A stretch of DNA of 64,000 bases from an uncultured Gammaproteobacteria bacterium (GCA_963846225.1 CAWJVD010000002.1:32891-96890); one strand, 5' to 3'; positions 39,109 to 51,039 are shown, counted from the first letter of the stretch. Made by a program: numbers and translations. Notes: a model not told the origin generated them from the sequence alone.

Positions 39109-39882
39109 ATGAGCACAACGACGCTCGTGTCCGCAGCCGTGCCGGGCCTCGTGGCGACGTTCCTCGTCGCCACAGGAGCGGTCGTGGCGAAGGAGCCGCT
39201 CACCCTGCAGCTGCCCGCCGGAGCGCGCGTGGGCGTGGTGAACCTGCTGGATGCCGAAGTGACGCACTACCACGCCGCGCGGCTGCTGCAGGACAGCTTC
39301 CTGAAAACCCATCCGGTGAAGTGGCCGGTCGCGGCGATGCTCCTCGGGGCGGTGAGCGGCGAACTCACGCAACTCGGGCTCGCGCCGGTGCCGCTGGCTG
39401 CTGGAACGGAGCTCAGCCGGGCGCGCGAGAGTTGTTTCCTCAACGCCGAGCTCGCGAAAGGACTGCGGAAAGAATGCGCCGGCCCGTTTGCCAGACTCGC
39501 CGCCGCGGCACACGTGGACGCGATCATCGTGCTCGGCCCCGGACGCAACGACTCGGCACACGCCGCCGCTACGCGGCACCGGGAGCTGCCGGAGTACCTG
39601 CGCGGCTGGTGCTTCGTGAGCGGGGAGGGCGGGGCCGGCGCCGATGGTGCCCCGGCATTGCTCGCTTTCACCGAGCTGCTGCTGATTGCGGCCGGTCCGG
39701 CCGGTATGCAGATCTTCGACCGCGAGTGGGGCGGCGACGGGCACAGCTGGACGGGTTACCAGCCGCCGGCGGATCTCAAGGCGATCCCCGCGCAGCAGCT
39801 CGATCAGCTGCAGCCGCTGTTCGGCGCCATGCTGCAACAGCAGGGGGGGGCGCTGCTGCGGCACCTGCAGGTGGCGCGCTAG
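39109..39882 (+). CDS. hypothetical secreted protein
   Basis: 257-aa ORF with a signal-like N-terminus, MSTTTLVSAAVPGLVATFLVATGAVVA. No family recognised. Confidence 0.45.
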   Translation: MSTTTLVSAAVPGLVATFLVATGAVVAKEPLTLQLPAGARVGVVNLLDAEVTHYHAARLLQDSFLKTHPVKWPVAAMLLGAVSGELTQLGLAPVPLAAGTELSRARESCFLNAELAKGLRKECAGPFARLAAAAHVDAIIVLGPGRNDSAHAAATRHRELPEYLRGWCFVSGEGGAGADGAPALLAFTELLLIAAGPAGMQIFDREWGGDGHSWTGYQPPADLKAIPAQQLDQLQPLFGAMLQQQGGALLRHLQVAR

Positions 39883-39905
39883 GCTGGCTCTGGTGGCGCG
39901 CCAGG

Positions 39906-40790
39906 CTAGCTCGCGTGCCGGATCGCCCAGGCGCACACGATCACGCTGAGCAGCCCCAGGACGAAATAGAACAGCGCAAAGCGCTTCTCGCGCTGCTCGA
40001 GTTGGCTCGCGCTGAGGGGCGCGATGAGAAAAGGCTCGCCGTTGCGCGGCTGGGAGATGACGCTGACGCGCGAGATGGCCGACTGCAGCGTCTGCGCCTG
40101 CGATTCCCTGGCGGCTGCCTGTCGCGCCGCTTCCCACTCCGCTGCGTCGAGCTTGCCGTCGTGGTTGGTGTCAAAGCGCGCCAGCAGCGCCTGCTGGTCC
40201 TGCTTCCACTCGTGCAGCTTCGCCGCGGCGGCGGTGCCCGGGTCGCCGACCTCGGAATGCGAGCGCAACTCGCCCAGTACGCAGACCCGCTCGCCGGCCG
40301 CGAGGAGGCGCTCGGTGTAGCGCCACTCACCCGAGTGCAGCAGCGGGCTTGATGCGGGCGGCGGCCCCGCCGGACGCGCCCCCGAGCCGTACCAGACGTT
40401 GCGCACGGTCGGGGTGACTTCGGCCGACACCGGCCCGACGAGGCAGCGCGCGTCGTCGTCATCGACCAGCGTGAACAGCTCGACGCTCGAGGCGCTTTCG
40501 ACCGTATGCCAGTGGGTGTTGCCCTTCGAATCGCGCTCCTGGTGGGCGACCTCATAGGCCCACCACACGCACGGCCGCGCGCTCAGCGGCGCTGGCGTAG
40601 GCGCCGGTCCGCTCGGCTCGGCGCGCCCGGCTACCTTGACGTACCCCTGCGCTGCCGAGCGGATGCGCGCCGCGGGCGTGTCGGCCACCAGGCGGTCGCG
40701 CCGCACACGCACGAAGAACCTGAAGAGGGCGAGCAGCGCCAGCAGGCCCGCCCCGAGCGCGATCAGGGGGTAGGGCGGCGGATGTGTCAC
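39906..40790 (-). CDS. GIDE-domain-like membrane protein with an embedded EF-hand
   Basis: 294 aa with N- and C-terminal TM segments. The ADTPAARIRSAAQGYVKVAGRAE region resembles bacterial GIDE (E3-ligase-like) proteins usually paired with LemA. A canonical EF-hand loop DTNHDGKLDAAE lies at nt 40137..40172. Confidence 0.55.
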   Translation of the reverse strand: MTHPPPYPLIALGAGLLALLALFRFFVRVRRDRLVADTPAARIRSAAQGYVKVAGRAEPSGPAPTPAPLSARPCVWWAYEVAHQERDSKGNTHWHTVESASSVELFTLVDDDDARCLVGPVSAEVTPTVRNVWYGSGARPAGPPPASSPLLHSGEWRYTERLLAAGERVCVLGELRSHSEVGDPGTAAAAKLHEWKQDQQALLARFDTNHDGKLDAAEWEAARQAAARESQAQTLQSAISRVSVISQPRNGEPFLIAPLSASQLEQREKRFALFYFVLGLLSVIVCAWAIRHAS

Positions 40791-40817
40791 GGCCGAGGGC
40801 TGCCCGGCGGCGCCACT

Positions 40818-41390
40818 TCAGCGCGAGAACGCCGCCTTGAGATCGACGTCGGCCTTCTCGTCCCCCTGGAAGTGCAGCAGCTGCGCGGGTGGGAAATCCC
40901 CGAGCCGCGCGACCAGCATGTCGGGGAAGCTCGAGATGCGCACGTTGTTGGTGTTGACCGCGTCGTTGTACACCTCACGCCGGTCGGCGATCGCGGTCTC
41001 GAGCCCGCTGATGCGCTCCTGCAGGTGGTGGAAGGGCTCGTTTGCCTTGAGCTGGGGGTAGTTCTCGGCCACCGCGTACAGCCCCGTGAGCCCCCTGCGC
41101 AACTCGCTCTCGGCCGCGCCGAGCGAGCTCATGCTGCCGGAGCTGCGCGCCGCATCGACGCCGGCGCGCGCGCGCATGACCCGCTCGAGGGTGCCGACTT
41201 CGTATTGCAGGTACTGCTTGCAGACCTCGACGAGCTTCGGCAGCTCCTCATGCCTCTGCACCAGCAGTACGTCGATGTCGGACCATTCGAGTTTCACCGC
41301 CGCGCGCACCCGCACCAGGCCGTTGTAGAGGCCGATCAGGTAGCCGACGAGGGCGACGAGGAGAAACAACACGATCAGGACCGTCAACAT
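40818..41390 (-). CDS. lemA: LemA family protein
   Basis: 190 aa with an N-terminal TM. LYNGLVRVRAAVKLEWSDIDVLLVQRHEELPKLV and AVAENYPQLKANE are typical of LemA. Confidence 0.85.
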   Translation of the reverse strand: MLTVLIVLFLLVALVGYLIGLYNGLVRVRAAVKLEWSDIDVLLVQRHEELPKLVEVCKQYLQYEVGTLERVMRARAGVDAARSSGSMSSLGAAESELRRGLTGLYAVAENYPQLKANEPFHHLQERISGLETAIADRREVYNDAVNTNNVRISSFPDMLVARLGDFPPAQLLHFQGDEKADVDLKAAFSR

Positions 41391-41477
41391 GAGGCAGCTC
41401 CCTCAGCGCTGGGCGTGACCCAGCATACCCGCGCGCGCACGCACGGGTTGCGGCACGCGCGGGTTCGGAGACTTCGG

Positions 41478-42203
41478 TCACAGCCGCAACCCCAGATCGA
41501 TCCCGGCAATCTCGTAGCCGCGCCGGAAATCGCGGATGTGCCGTGCCATCCAGGCGTGCGCGCTCTCTGCGTCGCGCGTATTGAGCGCTTCCACCAGGTG
41601 GCGCTGAGCGGTGGCAATGCGCGAGCGCGCCTGCGGCACCTTGTCGATCATTACGCGCAGGGAGGGCTCGAGCAACTGCAGCAGCGGCTCCTGCGCGAGC
41701 CCCAGGACCGGGTTGTGGGCGGCGCGTCCGATACAGCGGAACACCTCCGCCGTGCGGTGCACCGCCTGTTCGGTATCCGCCTGGGCGGCGCTGAAAGCCT
41801 CGGCCGCCGCGCCGAGCTGCTCGACATCCTGTGCGGTGCGCGCGCGCGCCGCCGCCTGCGCCAGCGGCGGCTCGAGAATCATGAGAGCCTCCCATACGTC
41901 GCGCACCGTCACGTCGTGCAGCAGCAACGCCTGACTCACGCCCTGCGCGACCGCCTGTTGGGGCGGGCGGCTCACCGACATGAGTTTCGAGCCCGGCCGC
42001 CGCTGCACCAGCCCGCGGCTTTCGAGCTCGCGCAGCGCCTCGCGCACGGTGGAGCGGTTCACACCGAACTGGCGGGCGAGCTCGGTCTCGGGGGGCAGCC
42101 GCTCGCCCTCGCGCAGCTGGCGGCTGAGGATGCGCGCGCCGATCGCCGCCGCCACCTTGCGATAGGCGGGCTCGAGCAGCAGCGGGGCGAATTCGACGCT
42201 CAT
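41478..42203 (-). CDS. GntR family transcriptional regulator (FadR/FCD type)
   Basis: 241 aa from the ATG at 42203. The wHTH is [31 protein letters not shown]. The C-terminal domain is all-helical and FCD-like. The start overlaps the ivd stop. Confidence 0.8.
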   Translation of the reverse strand: MSVEFAPLLLEPAYRKVAAAIGARILSRQLREGERLPPETELARQFGVNRSTVREALRELESRGLVQRRPGSKLMSVSRPPQQAVAQGVSQALLLHDVTVRDVWEALMILEPPLAQAAARARTAQDVEQLGAAAEAFSAAQADTEQAVHRTAEVFRCIGRAAHNPVLGLAQEPLLQLLEPSLRVMIDKVPQARSRIATAQRHLVEALNTRDAESAHAWMARHIRDFRRGYEIAGIDLGLRL

Positions 42204-43374
42204 GCGGCCGCTTCGAACAGCTCCCGCCCGATCAGCATGCGGCGGATCTCCTGGGTGCCGGCGCCGATCTCGTAGAGCTTGGCATCGCGCAGCAGCCGTC
42301 CGGCGGCGAAGTCGTTGATGTAGCCGTTGCCGCCGAGCGCCTGGATTGCTTCCAGTGCGGCGTGCGTGGCGCGCTCGGCGGCGAACAGGATGCAACTCGC
42401 GGCGTCGCGGCGGCGCGCCGTGCGCGCATCGCAGGCGCGCGCCACGGCGTACACGTAGGCGCGCGAGGCGTTCAGCGCCGCGTACATGTCGGCGATTTTG
42501 CCCTGCATCAGCTCGAAGGTTCCGATCGGCTGGCCGAACTGCCGGCGCTCGCGTACGTAGGGCAGCACCAGGTCGAGCGCCGCTGCCATCAGACCGAGCG
42601 AGCCGGCGGCGAGCACCACGCGCTCGTAGTCGAGTCCGCTCATGAGCACGCGCACGCCACCGTTCTCTGCGCCGAGCAGGTTCTCCGCCGGCACGCGGCA
42701 GTCGTCGAACAGCAGCTCGCAGGTGCCCGGAGCCGCGCATGCCGAGCTTGTCGAGCTTCTGCGCGGTGCTGAAACCGGCGGCGCCGCGCTCGACGATGAA
42801 GGCGCTGATGCCGCGCGGCGCCGGCAGCCGGGTCGGTCTTGGCGTACACGACGAACACGTCGGCATCCGGGCCGTTGGTGATCCACATCTTGCGCCCGTT
42901 GAGCAGGTAGGCGTCGCCCGCGCTTCTCGGCGCGCAGCTGCATGGAGACTACGTCCGAGCCCGCGCCCGGCTCGGACATGGCGAGCGCACCGACGTGCTC
43001 ACCGCTCAGGAGCTTGGGCAGGTAGCGCTCACACTGCGCGTCGCTGCCGTTGAGGCGCAGCTGATTGACGCACAGGTTGGAATGCGCGCCGTAGGAGAGG
43101 CCCACGGCGCCGGAGGCGCGCGAGATCTCCTCCATGACGATGACGTGCGCCAGATAGCCGAGCCCGGCGCCGCCGAAGCGCTCCGGGACGGTGATGCCGA
43201 GCAGGCCCTGCCCGCCGAGCAGCGGCCACAGGTCGCGCGGGAACTCGTTGCTGCGGTCGATCTGCGCGGCGCGCGGGGCGATCTGCTCGGTGGCGAAGCG
43301 GCGCACCTGCTGGCGGATCTCCTCGAGCTCGGCGTCGAGGCCGAAGTCACTGTCGATGCATCGAGCGCTGTCAT
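42200..43374 (-). pseudogene. ivd: isovaleryl-CoA dehydrogenase, multiply frameshifted
   Basis: Acyl-CoA dehydrogenase segments lie in several frames: [72 protein letters not shown], and [40 protein letters not shown]. Confidence 0.85.
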
Positions 43375-43395
43375 GGGCTTGCCTTCTGCGTTGGC

Positions 43396-43411
43396 ACAAT
43401 CGTATGATTGT
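43396..43411. promoter_or_regulatory. palindromic candidate operator ACAATC-GTAT-GATTGT
   Basis: Perfect 6-bp arms with a 4-bp spacer, in the 69-bp divergent ivd / mccB intergenic region. Relatively AT-rich compared with its surroundings. Confidence 0.35.
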
Positions 43412-43443
43412 CGGACAAACCGGCAACCCTGGCAAGTACCCCC

Positions 43444-45050
<1,607 letters not shown>

Positions 45051-45080
45051 GGCGCACCGGGTGAGAGGCGAGGACGCTGC

Positions 45081-47067
45081 GTGATCAAGAGCCTGCTGGT
45101 CGCCAACCGCGGCGAGATCGCCTGCCGCATCTTCCGCACCGCGCGGCGCCTCGGCATGCGCACGGTGGCGGTGTACTCCGACGCCGATGCCGGGCGCGCG
45201 TCACACGCGCGCCGCGGATGAGGCGCGGCGCATCGGGCCCGCGCCGGCGCGCGAGAGCTATCTCGACATGGGGCGCATCATCGATGCCGCCCGCGCGAGC
45301 GGGGTAGAGGCGATTCATCCCGGGTACGGCTTTCTCTCCGAGAACGCCGCCTTTGCGCAGGCCTGCCTCGATGCCGGGCTCGTTTTCGTCGGCCCGCCCG
45401 CCGCCGCCATCGACGCGATGGGCTCGAAGATCCTCGCCAAGACGCGCATGCAGGCGGCCGGCGTGCCGCTGCTGCCGGGATACGCCGGCCCACGGCAGGA
45501 TCTCGCCGACCTCGCCCGCGAGGCGCGCGCCGCGGGACTGCCCCTCATCATCAAGCCGGCCGCCGGCGGCGGGGGCAAAGGCATGCACATCGTGCGCACC
45601 GATGCCGAGCTCGAACCGGCGCTCGTCGCGGCGCGGCGGCTCGCCGAGAGCGCCTTCGGCGACGGCGCGCTGCTGCTCGAGCGCTACCTGCCGGCCCCGC
45701 GCCACCTCGAGGTGCAGGTGTTTGCCGACCGGCACGGCAATTTCGTGCACCTCGGCGACCGCGACTGCTCGACGCAGCGGCGCCACCAGAAGCTGCTGGA
45801 GGAGGCGCCAGCGCCCGCGGTGCCCGAGCAGGTGCGCGAGCGGCTGCGCGCCGCGGCGCTGGTGGTGGCGCGCGCGATCGGGTACGTGAGTGCCGGTACC
45901 GTCGAGTTCCTCTTCGACGGGCGCGAGGTCTACTTCATGGAGATGAACACGCGGCTGCAGGTCGAGCACACCGTCACCGAGGCGGTGACCGGCCTCGACC
46001 TGGTGGAATGGCAACTGCGTATCGCCGCGGGCGAGCCGCTGCCGCGGTCGCAGGACGAAGTGCGCTTCAACGGTCACGCCATCGAGGCGCGAGTCTGCGC
46101 GGAGGATCCCGAGCGCGGCTTCCTGCCGAGCGCGGGATTGCTGCAGCTGCTCGAGTGGCCGGCGATGGAGGGGGTGCGGGTCGATGCCGGTTTCGGCAGC
46201 GGTGACACGGTTCCCGACTGCTACGACTCACTCCTCGGCAAGGTCATCGCCTGGGCGCCGGGCCGCGAGGAGGCCGCCGCGCGCCTCGCCGCGGCGCTCA
46301 GCGCCACCTACTGCGCGGGCGTGCACACCAACGAGCGCTGGCTGGCGCGGATTCTGCGCTCAGCGCGCTTCCTCGAGGTGCGGCACAACATTGCGCTGCT
46401 CGATGTCGCGGCGGCGGAGTTTGCCGGTCCGCTCACCGCCGCCCCCGAAGCATTGATCCTCGCAGCGCTCGCCGCCCACGGCGCAACGCCGCTGCACGCC
46501 GTTGCGCCCGCACGCAGTCCGTGGGAGACGAACGACGCCTTCACGCCGAACCTCCCCGCGCTCATCCCCTACACATTCTGCTGGCGCGGCCGCTCGTATG
46601 CCGTGGAGTTGGAATACGCCCACGGCCGGCCGGCGGCGGCGCGCGTCGATGGGGTACGCGTAGCGGTGGACGCCGTGCTCATCGAGGAGCGCAGCGTGGC
46701 GGCGCTGCTCGGCGAGCGGCGCTGTCAGGCCCGTTATCAGCTCGCCGGGGTGCGCGTGTATCTGTGGGCCGGCGATGAGCTGTACGATTTTCTGCTCGAT
46801 GACCCGCGCATGCATGAGTTCTCCGCCAGCGCCGCGAGCGGCGGCCTGACTACGCCGCTCCCCGGCGTGGTGGTTTCCGTCCCGGTCGCGATCGGTCAGC
46901 AGGTCGCCGCGGGCGACGTTCTCATGGTGATCGAAGCGATGAAAATGGAGCACACCATTACGGCCCCCTACGCGGGGACGGTGCAGGCGATCCATTTCGC
47001 GCGGGGCGATCGGGTACCCGAGGGCAGTGAGCTGCTGGGGCTGACCCGCGCGTCCGAGCCAAGCTGA
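45081..47067 (+). pseudogene. mccA: methylcrotonyl-CoA carboxylase biotin-carboxylase/BCCP (alpha) subunit, single frameshift near 45195
   Basis: The GTG start gives [37 protein letters not shown]. After one extra base in GGGCGCGCG the remaining 626 aa are intact, including the biotinylation motif EAMKMEH. Confidence 0.85.
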
Positions 47068-47126
47068 ACGTACGCTGAAGTGATCGGCGTCGCGGAAACG
47101 TACGCTGAAGTGATCTGCGTCGCGGA
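47067..47126 (+). repeat. 30-bp tandem duplication (2 units, 29/30 identical)
   Basis: AACGTACGCTGAAGTGATCGGCGTCGCGGA is followed directly by AACGTACGCTGAAGTGATCTGCGTCGCGGA. The first unit starts on the last base of the mccA stop codon. Confidence 0.95.
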
Positions 47127-47197
47127 TCTGCCCGCGGCGATCATTACAATTCCTCCCGTGCGCGGCCGTTGGCCGCGAGTGCAAGGAGGAGATAGAG

Positions 47198-47752
47198 ATG
47201 AACAAGTCGCTGGTGACGGGCCTGATGGTCGGCGCGGTCGTGGCCGCTGGCGCGGGCGCCGTGGCGGGCCTGAAGATCATGAACAAGGGGTCCGAGTATG
47301 CGCAGGTGCTGAAGGTCACTCCGCTCACGAAGACGATTCACACGCCGCGGCAGGAATGTCACGACGAGACCGTGACCCGCCGGGGGCCGGTGAAGGACCA
47401 GCACCAGATCGTCGGCACCGTAGCCGGCGCGGTGATCGGTGGCGTCATCGGGCACCAGATCGGCGGTGGCACCGGACGCGACATCGCAACGGTCGCCGGC
47501 GCAGCGGGCGGCGGCTACGCGGGTAACCGTATCCAGAAAAACCTCCAGGACCGGGATACGTACACCACCACCGAGCAGAAGTGCAACACGGTCTACGACA
47601 CCTCGGAGCAGCGCACCGGCTATGAGGTGCGTTACCGCCTCGGCGGCCAGGAGTCGTCGGTGAAGATGAATCACGATCCGGGCGAGCGCATCCCCGTGCG
47701 CGACGGCCATCTGGTGCTGGACGCGCCCGGCGAGGGCCCGGGGAAGGGTTGA
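47198..47752 (+). CDS. glycine-zipper 2TM domain outer-membrane (lipo)protein, 17-kDa-antigen-like
   Basis: 184 aa preceded by an AAGGAGG SD. Gly-zipper AGAVIGGVIGHQIGGGTGRDIATVAGAAGGGYAGNRIQ. Confidence 0.65.
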   Translation: MNKSLVTGLMVGAVVAAGAGAVAGLKIMNKGSEYAQVLKVTPLTKTIHTPRQECHDETVTRRGPVKDQHQIVGTVAGAVIGGVIGHQIGGGTGRDIATVAGAAGGGYAGNRIQKNLQDRDTYTTTEQKCNTVYDTSEQRTGYEVRYRLGGQESSVKMNHDPGERIPVRDGHLVLDAPGEGPGKG

Positions 47753-47785
47753 GGACCGGCGCGGCGGCGCGCCTGCGGCAGGCTA

Positions 47786-48457
47786 TCAGTGCTTCGCCGC
47801 AGGAGTCGTCGCGGCGCGCTCGGCGCGCACCCTGGCAATCAGCTTGTCGGTGTTGTCGAGAATCTGCGCCAGGGTGTCGCCCTGGGCGACGTACTCGCCG
47901 TTGACCGCCATGGTCGGAATGCCCTCTACGGCGTAGCTCTCGGCCATGCGGTCCGCCTGCACCGTCTGATTGTTGACGCCGAAGGAGCTGTACGCGGCGG
48001 TGAACTTCTCAGCGTTGCCGCCGTGCGCACCGACCCAGTCGGCGAGGCTGCGCGGGTCGAAGAGCTGGCGGTGCTGATCGTGGATTGCCTCGAACAGCGG
48101 GCCATCGAGCTTGGCGAGATCGCCCGTGGCCTGCAGCGCGTAGTAGGCACGCTGCAGGTTCTCCCAGGGCGGGCGGTTGAAGCTGACCGGGACCCGCAGC
48201 AGCACCACGTCGCGCGGCTGCCGCGCGAGCCAGGTCTTCAGCAGCGGGTAGAACTCGTTGCAATGCGGGCAGCCGTAGGAGAAGAACTCGGTGACCTCGA
48301 TCTTGCCGGGGCTCTCGGTCGGCTGCACCGGAACGAGCTTGCGGAAGCCGCTGGCGTCGTGTTGAGCGACCTGTTGCGCGAGGCCGGCCACGGGTTTCCC
48401 CAACGATAGGAACAGTACGCACAGCGCCAGCATCAGGGCGCAGTTGCGGATCGACAT
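47786..48457 (-). CDS. dsbA: thiol:disulfide interchange protein DsbA
   Basis: Signal peptide from the ATG at 48457. Thioredoxin active site FFSYGCPHCNEF. Confidence 0.85.
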   Translation of the reverse strand: MSIRNCALMLALCVLFLSLGKPVAGLAQQVAQHDASGFRKLVPVQPTESPGKIEVTEFFSYGCPHCNEFYPLLKTWLARQPRDVVLLRVPVSFNRPPWENLQRAYYALQATGDLAKLDGPLFEAIHDQHRQLFDPRSLADWVGAHGGNAEKFTAAYSSFGVNNQTVQADRMAESYAVEGIPTMAVNGEYVAQGDTLAQILDNTDKLIARVRAERAATTPAAKH

Positions 48458-48473
48458 GGCATTATCCTTTCGT

Positions 48474-49103
48474 TCAGCGCGCAGCGGCGACATTATTTCC
48501 CAAGCCTCGTCCGGCGGCACGCGCCCTGCGCAGACTCACCGGGGCAGTGGATACAAACGCCGAATCGCGATCGAAGAATCGCCACGGCCGCTGCGCCCAG
48601 TCGCCGGCGTAGTCGACCCCGATGCGGGTGCTCCGGGCGATGCGCGCCGCAGGAGTACCCGCCCGGGGTTGCTCGAGCCACAGCACCTTACCCAGCAGAT
48701 CCGCGCCGTTCAGGCGACGGTCGATGTGCAGCGCCCGGCACAACAGCCCCGGTCCCCAGGTGCGGTCCTCGGGGTTGCCAAGCGGCTCGAGCGCCCGCAG
48801 CAGCACTGCGTGCGGCACGCCCGTGGGGGCGGTCACGACATTGAGGCAGTTCCAGAAACCGTAGATGAAATACACGTAGGCGTGCCCCGGGGGGCCGAAC
48901 ATCACTTCGGTGCGCGCCGTGCGGCCGCGCGCGGAGTGCGCCGCGAGATCGCGCGGACCCAGGTACGCCTCGGTCTCGACGATGCGTCCGGCGCGCACGG
49001 TGCGGCCGTCATCGTGCACCAGGTGCATGCCGATGAGCGCGCGGGCGATGGCGAGCGTACTGCGCTCGAAGAAGGCGCGCGAAGGTTTCAGGATGGGCAA
49101 CAT
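48474..49103 (-). CDS. DNA-3-methyladenine glycosylase (Mpg/AAG family)
   Basis: 209 aa with IVETEAYLGPRDLAAHSARGRTARTEVMFGPPGHAYVYFIYG. Confidence 0.85.
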   Translation of the reverse strand: MLPILKPSRAFFERSTLAIARALIGMHLVHDDGRTVRAGRIVETEAYLGPRDLAAHSARGRTARTEVMFGPPGHAYVYFIYGFWNCLNVVTAPTGVPHAVLLRALEPLGNPEDRTWGPGLLCRALHIDRRLNGADLLGKVLWLEQPRAGTPAARIARSTRIGVDYAGDWAQRPWRFFDRDSAFVSTAPVSLRRARAAGRGLGNNVAAAR

Positions 49104-49185
49104 CGCGCGCGATGGTAAAGGAATCCACTACAATGCACCCGCTGCCTTAAGGAACGCGCAGTTACGCCTGCTGTCGGATACCCGC

Positions 49186-50169
49186 ATGAGAGCGCTGTTG
49201 TGGATTCTCGCCGCCCTCGGCCTCACCGCCGCCCCGGCAGTGGCGAGTGTGTACCCGTTGCCGGCGGACGGCTCCGCCGTCGTGGGAACGGACGGCGCCG
49301 TGGCCACGGTCTACGAGGACACGCTGCCGGACATCGCCCACCGCTACAGTCTCGGCTATTACGAGATTATCCGCGCCAATCCGGGCGTCGACGTGTGGCT
49401 GCCGGGGGCAGACCGGCAGCTCACTCTTCCGGGGCGGCGCATTCTGCCGGCCGGTCCGCGCGAAGGCATCGTGCTCAACCTGCCCGAGCACCGCCTGTAT
49501 TACTTTCCCAGGCCCCGCCCCGGCGAGCAGCCGGTCGTCATCACCTACCCGGTGAGCATCGGCAAGATGGACTGGCGTACCCCGCTCGGCGAGACGCAGG
49601 TCATTGCCAAGATCCGCAATCCCTCCTGGTATCCGCCCGAGTCGATCCGCAAGGAGCACGCCGCCAACGGCGATCCTCTGCCCAAGGTCGTCGGTCCCGG
49701 GCCCGACAACCCGCTCGGCGCTTTCGCATTGCGGCTCGCGGCCGGCCACGGCGAGTACATGATCCACGGCACCAACAACCCCACCGCTGTGGGCATGGCT
49801 GTCACGCACGGCTGCATCCGCATGTATCCCGAGGACGTGGCGGCGCTGTTTGCGCTGATTCCGGTCGGCACCAAGGTGCGCCTGATCAACGCACCGGTGA
49901 AGGTCGCCTGGGCGGGCGGTCAGCTCCTTCTCGAGGCGCATCCGCCGGTCGATGCAGAAGGGCAGTCGATCGAGCCGGATCTGCAGCTGCTCTCGGAGAT
50001 GCTCGACCGCGCGCTCGGCAGCGACACCGCCGCGATTCACTGGGATCTGGCGCGCACCACGCTGCAGGCCGCCAGCGGCGTGCCGACGCTGGTCGGCCTC
50101 GCGGCCGATCCGGACCAGCCGCCGGCGCCGGCCCCACAGGCACCAGCGAGCGTCAGCCGCAGCGACTGA
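49186..50169 (+). CDS. L,D-transpeptidase (YkuD/ErfK family)
   Basis: Signal peptide MRALLWILAALGLTAAPAVA. Catalytic motif IHGTNNPTAVGMAVTHGCIRMYPEDV. Confidence 0.85.
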   Translation: MRALLWILAALGLTAAPAVASVYPLPADGSAVVGTDGAVATVYEDTLPDIAHRYSLGYYEIIRANPGVDVWLPGADRQLTLPGRRILPAGPREGIVLNLPEHRLYYFPRPRPGEQPVVITYPVSIGKMDWRTPLGETQVIAKIRNPSWYPPESIRKEHAANGDPLPKVVGPGPDNPLGAFALRLAAGHGEYMIHGTNNPTAVGMAVTHGCIRMYPEDVAALFALIPVGTKVRLINAPVKVAWAGGQLLLEAHPPVDAEGQSIEPDLQLLSEMLDRALGSDTAAIHWDLARTTLQAASGVPTLVGLAADPDQPPAPAPQAPASVSRSD

Positions 50170-50298
50170 CGGGGTATGACCCACCGAGCCGGCCGGTGCC
50201 GCCTGCAGCTGCTCCTTGGTGTAGTTCACCACGTAGGAGTTCTGCTTCTCGTCGTAGTCGAGCGCGGCCCGCAGGCAGAGGGCGGCGGGCGCTCGCGC

Positions 50299-50628
50299 TC
50301 AGCGGGCGCGGGGCGCGCGGCGAGTTCGCAGCTCCCGGACCACCCGCAGCACCTGCGCGGCGCGCGTGGCCACGGCAAGTGCCATGCGCGCCCACACCAG
50401 GAGCTTGAGCACCTCACGGGTGCGCCCGAGCAGCATCAGCCCGGCGAGGGCGGCAATCCAGGCGAGCGGGTGCCCCGCCGGCTGCCCGGCGCCGCCGAAG
50501 AGAGCGCCGGCGGCGAGGGCCGCGGGCCTTGACTGCCGCTGCAGCTGCTCCATGCGCTGGGCGAGCTCGGCGCGCTGCGCTTCGCAGCGCGCGAGCAGCA
50601 TGCGCCGCCGCGCCTCGAGCTCCGCCAT
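50299..50628 (-). CDS. YqjK-like protein
   Basis: 109 aa from the internal ATG at 50628 (MAELEARRRMLLARCEAQRAELAQRMEQL...), with GGGAGG upstream. In the given sequence it is read in frame with the upstream gene as a single 246-aa ORF. Confidence 0.5.
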   Translation of the reverse strand: MAELEARRRMLLARCEAQRAELAQRMEQLQRQSRPAALAAGALFGGAGQPAGHPLAWIAALAGLMLLGRTREVLKLLVWARMALAVATRAAQVLRVVRELRTRRAPRAR

Positions 50629-50633
50629 GCGCC

Positions 50634-51039
50634 TCACGGGGCGCCTCCCGCGCGGCGCTGATCCTCGGCGCAGCTGCTGCAGCGAGCCCTCCAGCATCCC
50701 CGGGTGATTGCGCAGGGTGCGCGCCCCGAGCCAGCCGCAAGTCACCGCCAGTGCCACGAACGCGCCGCTGCCGCCGAGCAGCGCCAGCATACGATGCGTA
50801 TCCCACAGCGAGACGACCAGCGCCGTGACGGCGAAGGCGAATGCCAGCAGCACACAGGCGATGGCGCCGAAGGCCCACACCAGCACCTGCACCAGCGCCA
50901 GCAGGTGCATCTCGAATTCGGTCGCAGCGAGGTCGAGCCGCGTCCGCAGTGTCTCGAGGCCCGCGGCGAACAGCCCGCGCAGCGCGTGCGGCGGCTCTTC
51001 CGTCGTGGCGCTCTCCGGCGGCGTCGCGGGCGCGTCCAT
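50634..51039 (-). CDS. YqjE-like phage-holin-family membrane protein
   Basis: The start overlaps the elaB/yqjD-like stop (TAATG). There are two TM segments. The 3' end is uncertain: an out-of-frame TGA at 50634..50636 would end it if one base is spurious; otherwise it is fused to the yqjK-like ORF. Confidence 0.5.

Noticed and set aside
43391-43408. Sigma-54 promoter suggested by TTGGCAC in the ivd/mccB intergenic region
   Set aside because: The -12 position reads TATGA instead of TTGC. The sequence is better explained as part of the ACAATC-N4-GATTGT palindrome.
47067-47126. CRISPR-like or minisatellite array
   Set aside because: There are only two directly abutting units, no spacers, and no cas genes in the window.
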